This document shows positions 1-10,872 of a stretch of DNA of 64,000 nucleotides, piece after piece. The stretch spans positions 5,750 through 69,749 of the IMG/VR virus record IMGVR_UViG_3300022744_000028. The stretch is one strand, 5' to 3'. Origin of the DNA: a virus. The notes beneath the pieces are model-generated. The model was not told the DNA's origin and ran no database searches. It saw only the letters and a list, made by a program, of their open reading frames with translations. The translations under genes and the position numbers were made by a program. The stretch's first letter is position 1. Each line of letters opens with the position of its first letter.

Positions 1-127
1 ATAGAGTTATATTAGCTGCAGGGAAATGCTCGCGTATGGACTCTGCTAGAATGACAGCAGACAGTACATACTTCTTGTGTACAGACGCTATTACTACAAA
101 GCCATTACTCGGCTGCTGGCTCTTCAT
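1..127 (-). CDS. 5' part of a putative glycosyltransferase-like protein (runs off the window start)
   Basis: Not in the ORF track. ATG at 127 gives MKSQQPSNGFVVIASVHKKYVLSAVILAESIREHFPAANITL, open to base 1. It resembles the N-terminus of nucleotide-sugar transferase (GT8-like) proteins and overlaps the end of the upstream ORF. Confidence 0.5.
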   Translation of the reverse strand, partial: MKSQQPSNGFVVIASVHKKYVLSAVILAESIREHFPAANITL

Positions 128-548
128 CTGCAGGCTCACCACTCATCATTATCAATGCTGCAACAATAGCAACAACTTCAACGGTCGTAGTTGCTTTGCG
201 AATTTTTGCCTTCCATGCCTTGGACGCTGCTTGTACAAGTGGGTGCTCGAATGCTTCGATCTTGGCGTTAAAGAGAACATTAGCACGCTTTTGCTCTGCT
301 CTATCTGAACTTTGAGCGACATTCTTCTCACGTGCGACTGCCTGTTCGGCACGGACGTTCTCTGTATTAGTTTCCGTATCTTCGTGCGAGCTGTGTTGTA
401 GGAACACTTGGTAGTCTTCGTTGGATTCGTCTACAGGAAACGATACGACATTGGAGCTCCCATCATCATACACGAAGCGAGCCATGATGCGATCTTTTGT
501 CGAGACGTCCTGCCAAATTGGATTTTCAATTGCTTGTATTGTTTTCAT
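105..548 (-). CDS. hypothetical protein, probably virion/fibre-associated (147 aa)
   Basis: Clean ORF abutting the 327-aa structural ORF; same strand as the baseplate operon. Confidence 0.6.
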   Translation of the reverse strand: MKTIQAIENPIWQDVSTKDRIMARFVYDDGSSNVVSFPVDESNEDYQVFLQHSSHEDTETNTENVRAEQAVAREKNVAQSSDRAEQKRANVLFNAKIEAFEHPLVQAASKAWKAKIRKATTTVEVVAIVAALIMMSGEPADEEPAAE

Positions 549-551
549 TTA

Positions 552-1535
552 TTAACTCCTGCGGACCCATAATGCAACGGAACCGACTGTCTCTGTTGTA
601 TTTCCTACTGTCAGGCCTGTGTAGTAACCTGTATAGTTGCCTGTATAATACCCAGTATAATAACCAGTGTAGTAGCCAGTATAATCATTGTGCGAGCTAC
701 CATACCATGTACTGTATGTGCCAGAATACGTACCAGCATATGTACCGGTGTAGGATCCGGTATACGTGCCAGTATATGCGACGTTGCCTGCTGTTTGTTG
801 AGTGTCGGTGTACGAACCGCCCATCTGAGCCCAGCTGCCGTAGCTAGGAGCTGTTGCTTGTATAGCGTATGTACCTCGCCCAGTGCTAATTATACGGTTA
901 CGCAGACGTTGAACCAACAGTTTGATTGTTGTTTGATCAATTTCGCGGAGTGAGCTGCTACTATTCCACTTGATTGGGTAAAGTGTAGTTGGCGTAGCCA
1001 AGTTCGTCAGCTGCCACACATACGTCGTTCCTACATTGGAACCAGTGTATGCATAGTCGTTGATACTGAACACTTGCGTCCACGTGGCTCCAGCTACATG
1101 GCTCGGAGTAGTGGAGCTGATGTAGTAAGAACCAAGTCCACCATTGGTCATTGTTGTGATCGCCGGATCGATAATATACGTGTTGATATCATCATCAGAC
1201 ATTTCCTGCAAAGCAGACAAAGTTGTTGACCATCCAATAGGACGCGTGAACGTCTCGCTTATCGTTCCGGTTAATTGTGCAACGGTAATTGTCGATGATG
1301 ACAAATATCCGGCGGTACCATCATGTGTGCCTGGAGCCGATGTGCGGTACACATCAACAAAGCTACCTATATTACTAGCGCCGCCTTGAGGGCTTACCAG
1401 GCTTCCAGTGCTGCTACTAGAAGCAAACTCCTTGAGCACATGAAAGCTAATAGCATTGTATATGTCGGCGTTGGACATCTCCTTCAAGGAAATGCTACCC
1501 GCATCATATGCATCAATCTTTAACGGTCTACCCAT
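552..1535 (-). CDS. virion structural protein with C-terminal YTG(x) tetrapeptide repeats (327 aa)
   Basis: Thr/Ser/Gly-rich composition, repeats YTGTYTGSYTGTYAGTYSG and YTGYYTGYYTGYYTGNYTGYYTG; position in the structural operon. Confidence 0.7.
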   Translation of the reverse strand: MGRPLKIDAYDAGSISLKEMSNADIYNAISFHVLKEFASSSSTGSLVSPQGGASNIGSFVDVYRTSAPGTHDGTAGYLSSSTITVAQLTGTISETFTRPIGWSTTLSALQEMSDDDINTYIIDPAITTMTNGGLGSYYISSTTPSHVAGATWTQVFSINDYAYTGSNVGTTYVWQLTNLATPTTLYPIKWNSSSSLREIDQTTIKLLVQRLRNRIISTGRGTYAIQATAPSYGSWAQMGGSYTDTQQTAGNVAYTGTYTGSYTGTYAGTYSGTYSTWYGSSHNDYTGYYTGYYTGYYTGNYTGYYTGLTVGNTTETVGSVALWVRRS

Positions 1536-1545
1536 ATATCACCAA

Positions 1546-2349
1546 TTACATTGAAAATAGCTGAGTGCCATTTACATCATATACTTTTAAAATAGTACGA
1601 CCATCATAGGTCGATTTGAATGCAGCAACGTTTACACCATCAATACCAGTATTGCCTACAGTAGTAATGCCACTGGCAGTGATGTATCCATTTACTTGAA
1701 GGTTAGCTGTCGCTATGACGAACTTAGTGCCGTCATATTGCATATATCGTGTTGCGGTGTTGCCGAAGTACAATATACCTTGAGTATTGTTTGCTGCGTT
1801 ATATAATGTAACGTTAGCTGTAGCAACAACGTTACCATTTAATGTTGTTGTCGTGCCAACATACAACGCTTGAGAAACGTTAGCGCTTCCTGACACAGTT
1901 AATGCAGCATCAGCCGTTGCAGTGTTGATACCAACGCGGCCTGTAGATACGACTGTAAGCGACGTGCCTTTGACATATAGATTGGAAGCGACGTTAGCAG
2001 TCGTTCCGTTGATTGTCAGGGTAGTAGTATTAGCAAGAGTAGCAGTTGCTTGTAGGTTAAGGTATGTGGTTGCAGCGCTTAGGTTGGCACCAGTAAAATG
2101 TGCGTTCGATGAAATGATGAGGTTGGCGGACGAAGTAACACCACCGCCTCTCAACTCTCCAACTGCAACCATCGTCTGAGCTGCAAAGATGCCATTAACG
2201 AAGGCGTTTGCGCTATTCTGTCCACCAACTGAGTTAGCTGCTGTCGTAAGGACAACAGTAGACATAGCATCAGCGATCTGATTCGTTTTATCTACCCAAG
2301 ACTGAAACGTGTCAGATGTTGGGTTTACGTTAGCTATTAGTAGAGGCAT
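1546..2349 (-). CDS. fibre/baseplate structural protein (267 aa)
   Basis: N-terminal DTFQSWVDKTN motif typical of T4-like fibre/baseplate proteins; beta-rich Asn/Thr/Ala composition. Confidence 0.6.
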   Translation of the reverse strand: MPLLIANVNPTSDTFQSWVDKTNQIADAMSTVVLTTAANSVGGQNSANAFVNGIFAAQTMVAVGELRGGGVTSSANLIISSNAHFTGANLSAATTYLNLQATATLANTTTLTINGTTANVASNLYVKGTSLTVVSTGRVGINTATADAALTVSGSANVSQALYVGTTTTLNGNVVATANVTLYNAANNTQGILYFGNTATRYMQYDGTKFVIATANLQVNGYITASGITTVGNTGIDGVNVAAFKSTYDGRTILKVYDVNGTQLFSM

Positions 2350-2548
2350 GTTTAATCAATTGTCCTAATAATTGTTTTATTTCGCTGATGTCATTCTTCA
2401 AATCGCTGACTTCATCAGCGAGAGCGTCGATCGTGCGTGACTTATCTCGCTGTTGTTTGTAGAGCATGTACGCGGTAGTATTTGTATTTATTACCGCGTG
2501 ACTCTCTGTATCACGCGCAAAGTTAGTATCGGTAGTTTGTAATATCAT
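2330..2548 (-). CDS. small coiled-coil protein (72 aa)
   Basis: Heptad pattern (LADEVSDLKNDISEIKQLLGQL); overlaps both neighbours. Confidence 0.6.
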   Translation of the reverse strand: MILQTTDTNFARDTESHAVINTNTTAYMLYKQQRDKSRTIDALADEVSDLKNDISEIKQLLGQLIKHASTNS

Positions 2549-5500
2549 ACCGATACTGCGAGTGCACGAACGTCATTGACTGTTGGTACCAAGTATGAGT
2601 ATGGAGATCTCAATACAATCTTGATAGCCAAATACTTATACGTATCATATGCCGCACCAGTTAGACCGTGGTAGCGTACAATGTAGCTATTACGGCAGTA
2701 TTTAAACGCAGCTTTCGGCTGAGTGACTTTCTCAATTGTACAGCCAGTCGATGTGAATGAAACATCTGTCGTTGTTGTGATTGTGCTGCTGTTAGCAGAA
2801 GCTACGCGCAGCATATCATAGTCAGTCAGTGTATTTGATTTGACGACCTTGATGAAATCGCCAGCAGCCAAGTACGTATCGAACGCTGTACCAATACCCG
2901 TGATTGTGGTGTTAGTGTATGTTTGAGCTACACCACTTAGTTGCAACGAAGGTGCAGTTTGTGGGAATGTGTACTCATACTCACGATAGTCTTGATCATT
3001 CAACGAATCACTGTACATATATGGAGATGTTGATTGCTCAAGCAATGTCCAATCCTTATCCTCGAACAGTTCGCCATCGCTGAAGTTCAACACCTTAGCA
3101 TAAACGTCGATGTTGGTACCTGTTGGCTTGTATGCTGTCAAGAACACTTTAACGTCTTCCGCATCCATACCTTCTGTCAGCGCAAGACGCTTAGAGATAT
3201 ACTTGCTCAATGCGCTACCATAACGTGTTGTTTCGTTTGTGGTAGAGTCGTTGATCAAGTTGCGTGTAGTGATTACGCTGATAGGGTTGACGTCGAGTAC
3301 GGGAGATGTGTCTGTTGAAGACGTGCTGTAGCTCATCGATACAGAGAATGACTTATTGACAACAGAACCAACGATCTCGTTACTACGACTCTTAATCATA
3401 GCGCTATCATTGAACGTCAATTTGTTCAACATTCCAAGTTCATACAACTTCGTATCAGTAGCACCTGTATTTTGCAGTGTGAATGTCGACGTCAACGACA
3501 ACGATGTTCCAGGAGTCACGATCGTGCTGAAGAATGGTTTGAAGAAGTTGACACTAATGTTATTGATACCAGTAACTTCAGCCGTAGCTTGTGTAGTATC
3601 GCCAACAATCGTTCCACGATATGTGCTATTCGAAGTAAAGAACTTGAATGTGTCGTTTGCGGACGAGGAGTTGTTGATGTAGATGATGTTGTTGCCATAA
3701 TCGTATGTGTCAACAGTACCTGCTACGACTTTTTGGATCGTAGCTTGAACAGTAGCAGACGTGGTAGTCGATGCAGACTTGTTCAATGTGATTGTAGACG
3801 AGTTAGCAGCCAATACCTTTGCTACCTGGAATACAGGAGAGATACGGTATTGCTGTGTGCTTGTCGTGTTGCCGACGATCGGAGCATCGATAATCATCAT
3901 CGAGCTGTTTGTAACAGATACAACTTGACGGATTTCACCGTTTGCCGAGCTACCGAGCTTGATGAAGCTGCCGTTGCTGTAATCTGTATTGAACGATGTT
4001 GTTTGGCCAGCAGCGTTCGTTACGATTGTCGAGCTGACAGTAACATTACCAGTACTTACTGTTTGGTTATTACCATAGATGATCAATACGTTATCGCCAG
4101 CAGCAAGCGACGATGTCATGTTGGTGCTAGTACCAATCACGTTAGTCGCCGTTGATGTCATAAGCGTTGTATTCAGATAGTTGCTTGGGTGGAGCTGAGC
4201 AATAGCTTCGCCACCACGAACAGTACCAGATGCAGCATTGATTGATAAGAATTCATAGTCGCCGTTGTTGAGAACAGCAGTACCATTAGTGCTTTGGAAT
4301 ACAGCACGTTTGATAGTGAACTTCAAATCCTCGTCTTGAACAGGTGTCCATACAGAACCAGACGTCGAATAGAACAGAGTTCCAAGACCCCAGTTTTGGT
4401 TGACTGTCAAGCTAGGATTTGTCAAGTCTTTGTAACCAACGCGAGCAGTGTAGATGCGGTATTCTGGTGTGTTAGCATCAGGATACAATACGATAGCGTA
4501 ATCGCTATTTGCTCTTAGGTATACTGGAGTTACAAATTCAAACGTTGTAGCAGCCGTTGCGTTGTTACTGACTGATACTTGACTGCTTGTCTTGTATACA
4601 CGTGAGAACGGAACAATAACAGATGCCGGAACACCATTCACTGTTTCACGGAGCTCTAGTGTAACACCTTGTGAAACATCTTTTGCCTTGAAGAACACAT
4701 CAACGCTTGTAACAAAAATGCCATCAGTTTGATCGCCAGTCGACTGCACCTTGAATGTCTGTGCTAGTGGGTCTGGGTTAGGTAACTGAACATGGAAATC
4801 AGTATGATCGTTGCGATAGTATGTTGCAGACAAGTAGTTTGTTGCAGAGAAACCGCTTCCGCCAGCCACGTCGATAGTCTTAGTAGAGATCGATAGATTT
4901 GTTCTGTTTCCAGAGAATGCATATGCAGTAAACTTACCGAGGCCACGCGACGTTGCAGTAGCTTCTGATACGACATTATCAACGTCCATCAATACAACAG
5001 AGCGCTCACCGACGAAGTATGTCGACTTTGGAAGGTCGATATAGCCAGCAATCACGCCAGAACTATTAGCCACTAACGGAGAACCGATTGTTCCTGTTGC
5101 GACGAATGATGTTGGTAGCAATTGTGATAATGTCAGATCAACTTGAGCAGGAGCTGCTCTGTCGGAGATCTGCACGCCATCAAAGTATACCCAGTGACGT
5201 GCGCCTGGACGTAGGCCGGTGCTCACGAAATGGATGCGTTGATCACGAATGTATTGTTGCAGCTCCAAACTATTCAAGATATCAACTGTCGTTGCGTTTG
5301 AAGTTGTAACGCCACCAGACAATGTTACCTTAGTATCATTGAGAGCAGTGTTGACGTCTTGTCTCCATGTTTGAGTCAATCCAGATTGGCTGATCAAATA
5401 TGAACTTCCAGCATTAACAGAGCCGAGTACGTTGGTGTTAACTTTCAATTGTGAAAGAGCTGCAGACGTAGCTTGTGCAAGGCTGTTCAGCGGAGAAGCC

Positions 5501-8500
5501 AAGTCGATGACGACAGATACGGACGTATTTGCAATATCGTAGTAGCTGTCAAATGAAGGAACTGTTGTCAAGTTACCAACATATCTCCAATACTGGTCAA
5601 CGAGCGTACGCTCCTTGGTAGCAGTAGGCTGACTCAACATGATCGTCGTATTGCTGTAATTGAGCAATACGTGGTCGCCGTGTCTGCTGACATTCGAGCT
5701 TGCTGCTTCGTTGAATTGAAGGTCGACGCGAGCATCTGAGAAGTATGGACGTGCAATGCCACTAACTGTATCAATCAAGATCTTGTACTCAGGATCTTGA
5801 AGGTTAGATACGTTATAATCAGTCATTGGATCTACAAAGAACCCGTTCTTGAAGCGCTCAATCGAAGAGTTTGCTTCACCTGGCAGCACCATTTGCTTGG
5901 TGCTGGTTTCCAATGTGTTCAATAGAGTATAGTATTCCAAACGGCTGATACGTCCTTCGATGTCGGAAATATCCTTCATCGTGTATCTACGGTTTTGTTG
6001 TGGAAGCACATATACGCCAAGGTCTGGGCGGCCACTATCGGCAGCGTCTTTGGCAGATAGACTTGGATATGGTGGTACGTTGACAACACCGATCGTCATA
6101 CATCCTTCTGGTTCCACTGGAACAGATGGAGAGTTGGACGGAGTACCTTCAACGATACGGATAGAACCAACCTTGTCGATGATAATTCTGTCACGGCGGG
6201 CAAGATATGATGTTACCGAGCCAGTGAACGATCTTGTTGGTGAAGGGAACTTCTTATCTGTAGCAGCGAACGTCACCGTGCTGCTTGGATCGATTGTTGC
6301 AGTAGCAGCATCGGTGGCCATAACAGCTGTGTTTGAACAGATAGGACGGAAGTCAATCACGTTACGAAGATCGTATGCCTTACCAGTCTTTGGTGATACA
6401 AACACAGGGATGTCCTGAGTTCTGATCTTGTTGCTTGGCAATGGGTTGGTTGTGTCGTCGATCGAACCACTATATGATTCTGTAGAGATGTATGTACCAA
6501 CGCCGTGCGTCATCGCCTTAACGACGACCAACAGGTTCTTGTTCGTCAGCGAAATAGAAGCACCTGGGCGAATCTTCAATGTAGATAGGCCGTAGAAGTT
6601 GTCTGTCTGTCCACTGTCGATTACAAAACTGTCACGGTAGTTTGTCGTAGATGTGTTAGCGTATGATGTGCCTGTGCCAACATATACGCCGACCAAATCT
6701 ACTACGTCAGGAATACCTAAGCTCCATGGACCACGTGTTGATGTAGTAGTCGCTGTATTAGAAATCTTTACATAATATGTGTTAGCTGTCTTAACACGAA
6801 CAGCAGGAGAGTCGAACTCGGCATCGTGGTAGACTGTAGCGCCAGCAGTCGCCGTAATTGGGTGACCCAAAGAGACTGTAATCGCACTACGTGTAGAATC
6901 AGTAGCGATTGTACGACCGGTTGGTGCAAAATCGATAGGCACGTTAGCTGGATATGTGGTGTGGTGAGCGTTGCCTGTCCACGAAGCACCCCAGTTTGTA
7001 GACACCTGTATCGATGTGTTGGAGATGATGCGCGTAATCAGTGCAGTGTTGCCAGATACGCTGGTATTACCGACTTTGATATATTGACCAACAGTATATT
7101 CTGTAGTAAACAACGTACCAGTGCCCGTCACAGTGTTAGCGCCAGACGTGACTGTAACAGTACCACTATTATTCGATGACTTAGTCATCGCGCTGCTTGG
7201 GATAACGATGAAATCGCGCTCTTGAATAGTATTCAGCGTAGAGCTAGCTTCGTATGGGAACTGAACGCCACTACCCAACGAGATACTCAAGTCACCAGAC
7301 AACGTAAACGAACCTGTGTTGTTCGATGTACGATCGATTACAACTTCGTTGTCGAGCTGTTGGACGGCAAATGTACCAGTTTCAAATATCAAACGATCAA
7401 AATCGGCATCATATTGCACTGCATAGCCGAGTGCCGAATCCCAAATAATGTCTGCAACACCTGTGCTGTTATACAATACAGTACGTACATCTTTGAAGGC
7501 ATATCCTGGCGACATTTGTACGTCGAACAGGTACATACGATATGTACACTCTGCAGATCCTGGGGTTCCAGAATCGTATGCCAATGAACGCACACGAGCT
7601 GTGCCGATTTGGACGCCTCCAGACGGTGCTCCAATGCCATTGCCAGCGCTGATTGCGAGACGGCCGAGTGGGGCAGATGGGTCATTGTACAGAGTGACGG
7701 TAGATGCATTCTTTACATCAAAGTTGCCCATCAGTTCTTTCACCAACACATAGCCGCCATAGTTGGTAGCGATGGTTTGTGTTGTATCTGTTGCTGTATC
7801 TGTAGCCTTGCGGATAGGGTAGCGTGTGTTGTTCATAATCTCAACACGACCGCCTTCAACGTAGCCAACACCAGCACCAACAACCATACTTAGATGAGTT
7901 GTGTTGCTTGCGATTGATTCAGAATACAATGTAAATGGGTTAACGACGTAGTTACCTGACTCTTCATATGTACGACGAGCCAACTCTTTGTTGATCGAGT
8001 TGTATTGTGTAAATGTGCGGTCCTTTATGACGCGACCATCTTGGTATTCATATAACGTCAAGAATTCGTTATTGCTTGCCGCATTAGCTACAGACAATGC
8101 GACTAGGTTAGCTGTCAACTTGAGACGGTCTGCGCCTGGAGCTGTATAGTTAGTGGTGCCACCAGCATTGTCAAGCAATGTTTGATCAGAGTTGCTGTTA
8201 ACAACAGCTTCGCTAGTAACGAAACCAACTGCAACGTTATTAGGTGTCGTATCATATTTCGAAAGAATCGTTTCATGTGCAGCGACGCGGATGAAGTGAC
8301 CTTTTTGGTATATAACACCATCGGACGTCTTGATAGCAGTACCGCGGCCAACTGGTGCAGTATATACGCTATTAGCAACCTGCACTTGAGCAAGGTAGTT
8401 GACCACGTTCAATACAGCGCCAGCACCATTCGTAGACGTGATGGTGATGTCTGGAATCGTAGTGTAGCCGATTCCTCGCTCAACGACATTCACACTACGG

Positions 8501-9099
8501 ATTGTACCGTTAGCATACGTGATAATTTGAGCACTTGCACCGGATCCAGTATTGCTTACGAACCCAACAACGTCGCTGTTAGAGTACAACGTACCGCCAT
8601 CAACAACGCTGATAGATTCGACGCGATAATCGCGGTGGTAGGAAGTGAGAACGGAGTTGTTGCTATATGTCTTTTCGCCATTGATACCAGTGTTCAAGTA
8701 CTTCAAGTACAATGTGTTCAAGTCTGGATCGAGCTGCTGGCCGCCTTGTGCATAGTTGACGGTCAGTGCATGCAGATTACTTGTCGATTCGACGACGTAG
8801 GTATTGACGAGCGCCGAGATTGAATAGTTATCACCACTCGGTTGCAAATCGAACAACTTTACATAGTGATACTCAGAATCAGTGATCAAGGAACATCCCT
8901 TGATGATAGTGCCTGTTTGATATATGTTATCACCAAAGCGCTCGATCTGGTTTTGCAAGATTGTTTGCAGTTGAGTCAACTCGCGCGCTTGTACAGCCAC
9001 CGATGGCTTAAACAATACTCTATGATAGTTGCTTTCTTCGTTGTAGTCGTCGAAGTAAGGCGATTGTCTTAGAGTTGTCGACTGTTTGTCTAATGGCAT
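2545..9099 (-). CDS. giant baseplate-associated protein, DUF4815/VrlC-like (2184 aa)
   Basis: N-terminus PYFDDYNEESNYHRVLFKPSVAVQARELTQLQTILQNQIERFG and internal ERFKNGFFVD and DPLAQTF motifs match the DUF4815 family of T4-like phages. Confidence 0.85.
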   Translation of the reverse strand: MPLDKQSTTLRQSPYFDDYNEESNYHRVLFKPSVAVQARELTQLQTILQNQIERFGDNIYQTGTIIKGCSLITDSEYHYVKLFDLQPSGDNYSISALVNTYVVESTSNLHALTVNYAQGGQQLDPDLNTLYLKYLNTGINGEKTYSNNSVLTSYHRDYRVESISVVDGGTLYSNSDVVGFVSNTGSGASAQIITYANGTIRSVNVVERGIGYTTIPDITITSTNGAGAVLNVVNYLAQVQVANSVYTAPVGRGTAIKTSDGVIYQKGHFIRVAAHETILSKYDTTPNNVAVGFVTSEAVVNSNSDQTLLDNAGGTTNYTAPGADRLKLTANLVALSVANAASNNEFLTLYEYQDGRVIKDRTFTQYNSINKELARRTYEESGNYVVNPFTLYSESIASNTTHLSMVVGAGVGYVEGGRVEIMNNTRYPIRKATDTATDTTQTIATNYGGYVLVKELMGNFDVKNASTVTLYNDPSAPLGRLAISAGNGIGAPSGGVQIGTARVRSLAYDSGTPGSAECTYRMYLFDVQMSPGYAFKDVRTVLYNSTGVADIIWDSALGYAVQYDADFDRLIFETGTFAVQQLDNEVVIDRTSNNTGSFTLSGDLSISLGSGVQFPYEASSTLNTIQERDFIVIPSSAMTKSSNNSGTVTVTSGANTVTGTGTLFTTEYTVGQYIKVGNTSVSGNTALITRIISNTSIQVSTNWGASWTGNAHHTTYPANVPIDFAPTGRTIATDSTRSAITVSLGHPITATAGATVYHDAEFDSPAVRVKTANTYYVKISNTATTTSTRGPWSLGIPDVVDLVGVYVGTGTSYANTSTTNYRDSFVIDSGQTDNFYGLSTLKIRPGASISLTNKNLLVVVKAMTHGVGTYISTESYSGSIDDTTNPLPSNKIRTQDIPVFVSPKTGKAYDLRNVIDFRPICSNTAVMATDAATATIDPSSTVTFAATDKKFPSPTRSFTGSVTSYLARRDRIIIDKVGSIRIVEGTPSNSPSVPVEPEGCMTIGVVNVPPYPSLSAKDAADSGRPDLGVYVLPQQNRRYTMKDISDIEGRISRLEYYTLLNTLETSTKQMVLPGEANSSIERFKNGFFVDPMTDYNVSNLQDPEYKILIDTVSGIARPYFSDARVDLQFNEAASSNVSRHGDHVLLNYSNTTIMLSQPTATKERTLVDQYWRYVGNLTTVPSFDSYYDIANTSVSVVIDLASPLNSLAQATSAALSQLKVNTNVLGSVNAGSSYLISQSGLTQTWRQDVNTALNDTKVTLSGGVTTSNATTVDILNSLELQQYIRDQRIHFVSTGLRPGARHWVYFDGVQISDRAAPAQVDLTLSQLLPTSFVATGTIGSPLVANSSGVIAGYIDLPKSTYFVGERSVVLMDVDNVVSEATATSRGLGKFTAYAFSGNRTNLSISTKTIDVAGGSGFSATNYLSATYYRNDHTDFHVQLPNPDPLAQTFKVQSTGDQTDGIFVTSVDVFFKAKDVSQGVTLELRETVNGVPASVIVPFSRVYKTSSQVSVSNNATAATTFEFVTPVYLRANSDYAIVLYPDANTPEYRIYTARVGYKDLTNPSLTVNQNWGLGTLFYSTSGSVWTPVQDEDLKFTIKRAVFQSTNGTAVLNNGDYEFLSINAASGTVRGGEAIAQLHPSNYLNTTLMTSTATNVIGTSTNMTSSLAAGDNVLIIYGNNQTVSTGNVTVSSTIVTNAAGQTTSFNTDYSNGSFIKLGSSANGEIRQVVSVTNSSMMIIDAPIVGNTTSTQQYRISPVFQVAKVLAANSSTITLNKSASTTTSATVQATIQKVVAGTVDTYDYGNNIIYINNSSSANDTFKFFTSNSTYRGTIVGDTTQATAEVTGINNISVNFFKPFFSTIVTPGTSLSLTSTFTLQNTGATDTKLYELGMLNKLTFNDSAMIKSRSNEIVGSVVNKSFSVSMSYSTSSTDTSPVLDVNPISVITTRNLINDSTTNETTRYGSALSKYISKRLALTEGMDAEDVKVFLTAYKPTGTNIDVYAKVLNFSDGELFEDKDWTLLEQSTSPYMYSDSLNDQDYREYEYTFPQTAPSLQLSGVAQTYTNTTITGIGTAFDTYLAAGDFIKVVKSNTLTDYDMLRVASANSSTITTTTDVSFTSTGCTIEKVTQPKAAFKYCRNSYIVRYHGLTGAAYDTYKYLAIKIVLRSPYSYLVPTVNDVRALAVSV

Positions 9100-9110
9100 T
9101 TAGCTTTTCC

Positions 9111-10871
9111 TTAGAATTCTATAATAGCTTTGATTGATTCTGTTTGACCTGATGCTTTATTTATCGGCGAAAAATTCTCCATGTACATAATATCGCCGGA
9201 TCCGTAAATAATATCTGCAGGTATCACACTATCAATCGGTGCTGATGAGCCAGTTACTGGGCTCGAAATGTCTGTTCCTATATTACCTTGCAATTGTGTC
9301 AGCCATACTTGTGATGTGTTTGCAAAGTATACAATTGCGTTCGATGTTGCTGTATTGCCAGTCAATGTTACTGTTTCATTCGCAACGAATGAACCTGAAA
9401 GTGATGAGATGTTCAATTTTGTAAGTTGGCATGCATAGCTGACGTTAGCAACTAAGTTTGCGCTTCCGTTATTGCGGACTGCCAAAACTTCAGCTGTTGT
9501 AGTAGAGCTGCCACCGACAATGTAATTCACACTAGAGTTACCAGTACGGAAATGGCGGGTTACGTTGGTAAGAGTCAATGTGTTGGCAGATAGCGTTACG
9601 ACCTTACCGGTAGCATTCGTTGTCGGTTGAGTTATTGTCTCACCGACAATAAACGACCCAGTTGCACTAGTATACGACAATTGGATGTTGGCCATCATCG
9701 GGTTGGACAAAATACCAATCGAACGGAATTCATTTGTATCCAACACTTTGTTATTGGCTTCAATGTCAGCGCTATTGAATGTCGTGGTGATACACAAATA
9801 TCTACCGCCGAGCTCATTAACAGGGTCATACCCATGGCCGCCTTTCGGGCCAATGATCGCTTCTGCTGTAGCGGTATTACTTACGCCGCCTGTGTTACCG
9901 GAGAAGTATAAAGATGCTGTTGTGTAACCGCTTCCGCGTTTCGTAATCTCGATTTTGTATACCGAATTAGATGCTGCTGAATTTACTAGGGCACGAGCTT
10001 GGAAGTCGCTGCCATTTCCGACGACGATTACGTTTGGAGTAATTTCATACGTCGATGACGTTGATGGTGTCAGATCAAATGGCTGATCGAGGACGACCGT
10101 ACGTGTAGCTCCCGATACAGTATAACCAGTGACAGTTCTTTGCTGGCCAGCACCAGTGCCGGTTGTAATTTTAATTGCTGATCCGTTGTAGAAGTTGGCA
10201 TTCGATGAAGCAGACGACTCAATTACATACACCAACGCATTACCGCCGACAGATGTAGCTTGAATTGTACCGCTTGTAAATGCATCGTAGTTTGAACCAC
10301 CATACGTCACTTGTGCATAGTCGATGGCGCCGGATACTGCATTGCCGACGACTGCTGCATTTGCAAATACTGGAATAAAGTCGTCAGAAGCGAATTTTGC
10401 AAACGTAGCATTTGGAATAGTGTACATATACTTCCATTGATATCCATCAGAAGTTTCGTAAATATCATCAGCAGGTGATGTAGATGTAGCATCGGGAGCG
10501 ACAGTCGACACTGTGCTGTTGTTACTCAAACACTTAAATACATCATGTCCACTTCCTGAGTCTACAGATACGTAGAATGTATTACCATACAAACTACCTG
10601 AATCGTGCCTATACGCTTTATATCCAACGCCCGATTGCCAGTCGTTTCGTGGAATCATAGGCGACATATCAGTCGTTGCAATCGATTTCGCAACGATCAT
10701 AGAATCATATGCACCTGTGTACATTTCCGACACCCGATCGAGAGGCTCAGGAGGATTTTGGTCGTCAGCAAATGGCTGCGACTTACCAAGGAACATATAA
10801 AAGATCGGATTAGATGTGATGATTCTGCCAACCATCGCAGTTCTAAATTTAGTGGTGAATATTTTTGCCAT
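9111..10871 (-). CDS. gp8: baseplate wedge protein gp8-like
   Basis: FYVSVDSG..VFKCLSNN and DGYQWKYMYTIP motifs, KGGHGYDPVNELG, C-terminal SGDIMYMENFSPI. Confidence 0.85.
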   Translation of the reverse strand: MAKIFTTKFRTAMVGRIITSNPIFYMFLGKSQPFADDQNPPEPLDRVSEMYTGAYDSMIVAKSIATTDMSPMIPRNDWQSGVGYKAYRHDSGSLYGNTFYVSVDSGSGHDVFKCLSNNSTVSTVAPDATSTSPADDIYETSDGYQWKYMYTIPNATFAKFASDDFIPVFANAAVVGNAVSGAIDYAQVTYGGSNYDAFTSGTIQATSVGGNALVYVIESSASSNANFYNGSAIKITTGTGAGQQRTVTGYTVSGATRTVVLDQPFDLTPSTSSTYEITPNVIVVGNGSDFQARALVNSAASNSVYKIEITKRGSGYTTASLYFSGNTGGVSNTATAEAIIGPKGGHGYDPVNELGGRYLCITTTFNSADIEANNKVLDTNEFRSIGILSNPMMANIQLSYTSATGSFIVGETITQPTTNATGKVVTLSANTLTLTNVTRHFRTGNSSVNYIVGGSSTTTAEVLAVRNNGSANLVANVSYACQLTKLNISSLSGSFVANETVTLTGNTATSNAIVYFANTSQVWLTQLQGNIGTDISSPVTGSSAPIDSVIPADIIYGSGDIMYMENFSPINKASGQTESIKAIIEF

Positions 10872-10872
10872 G

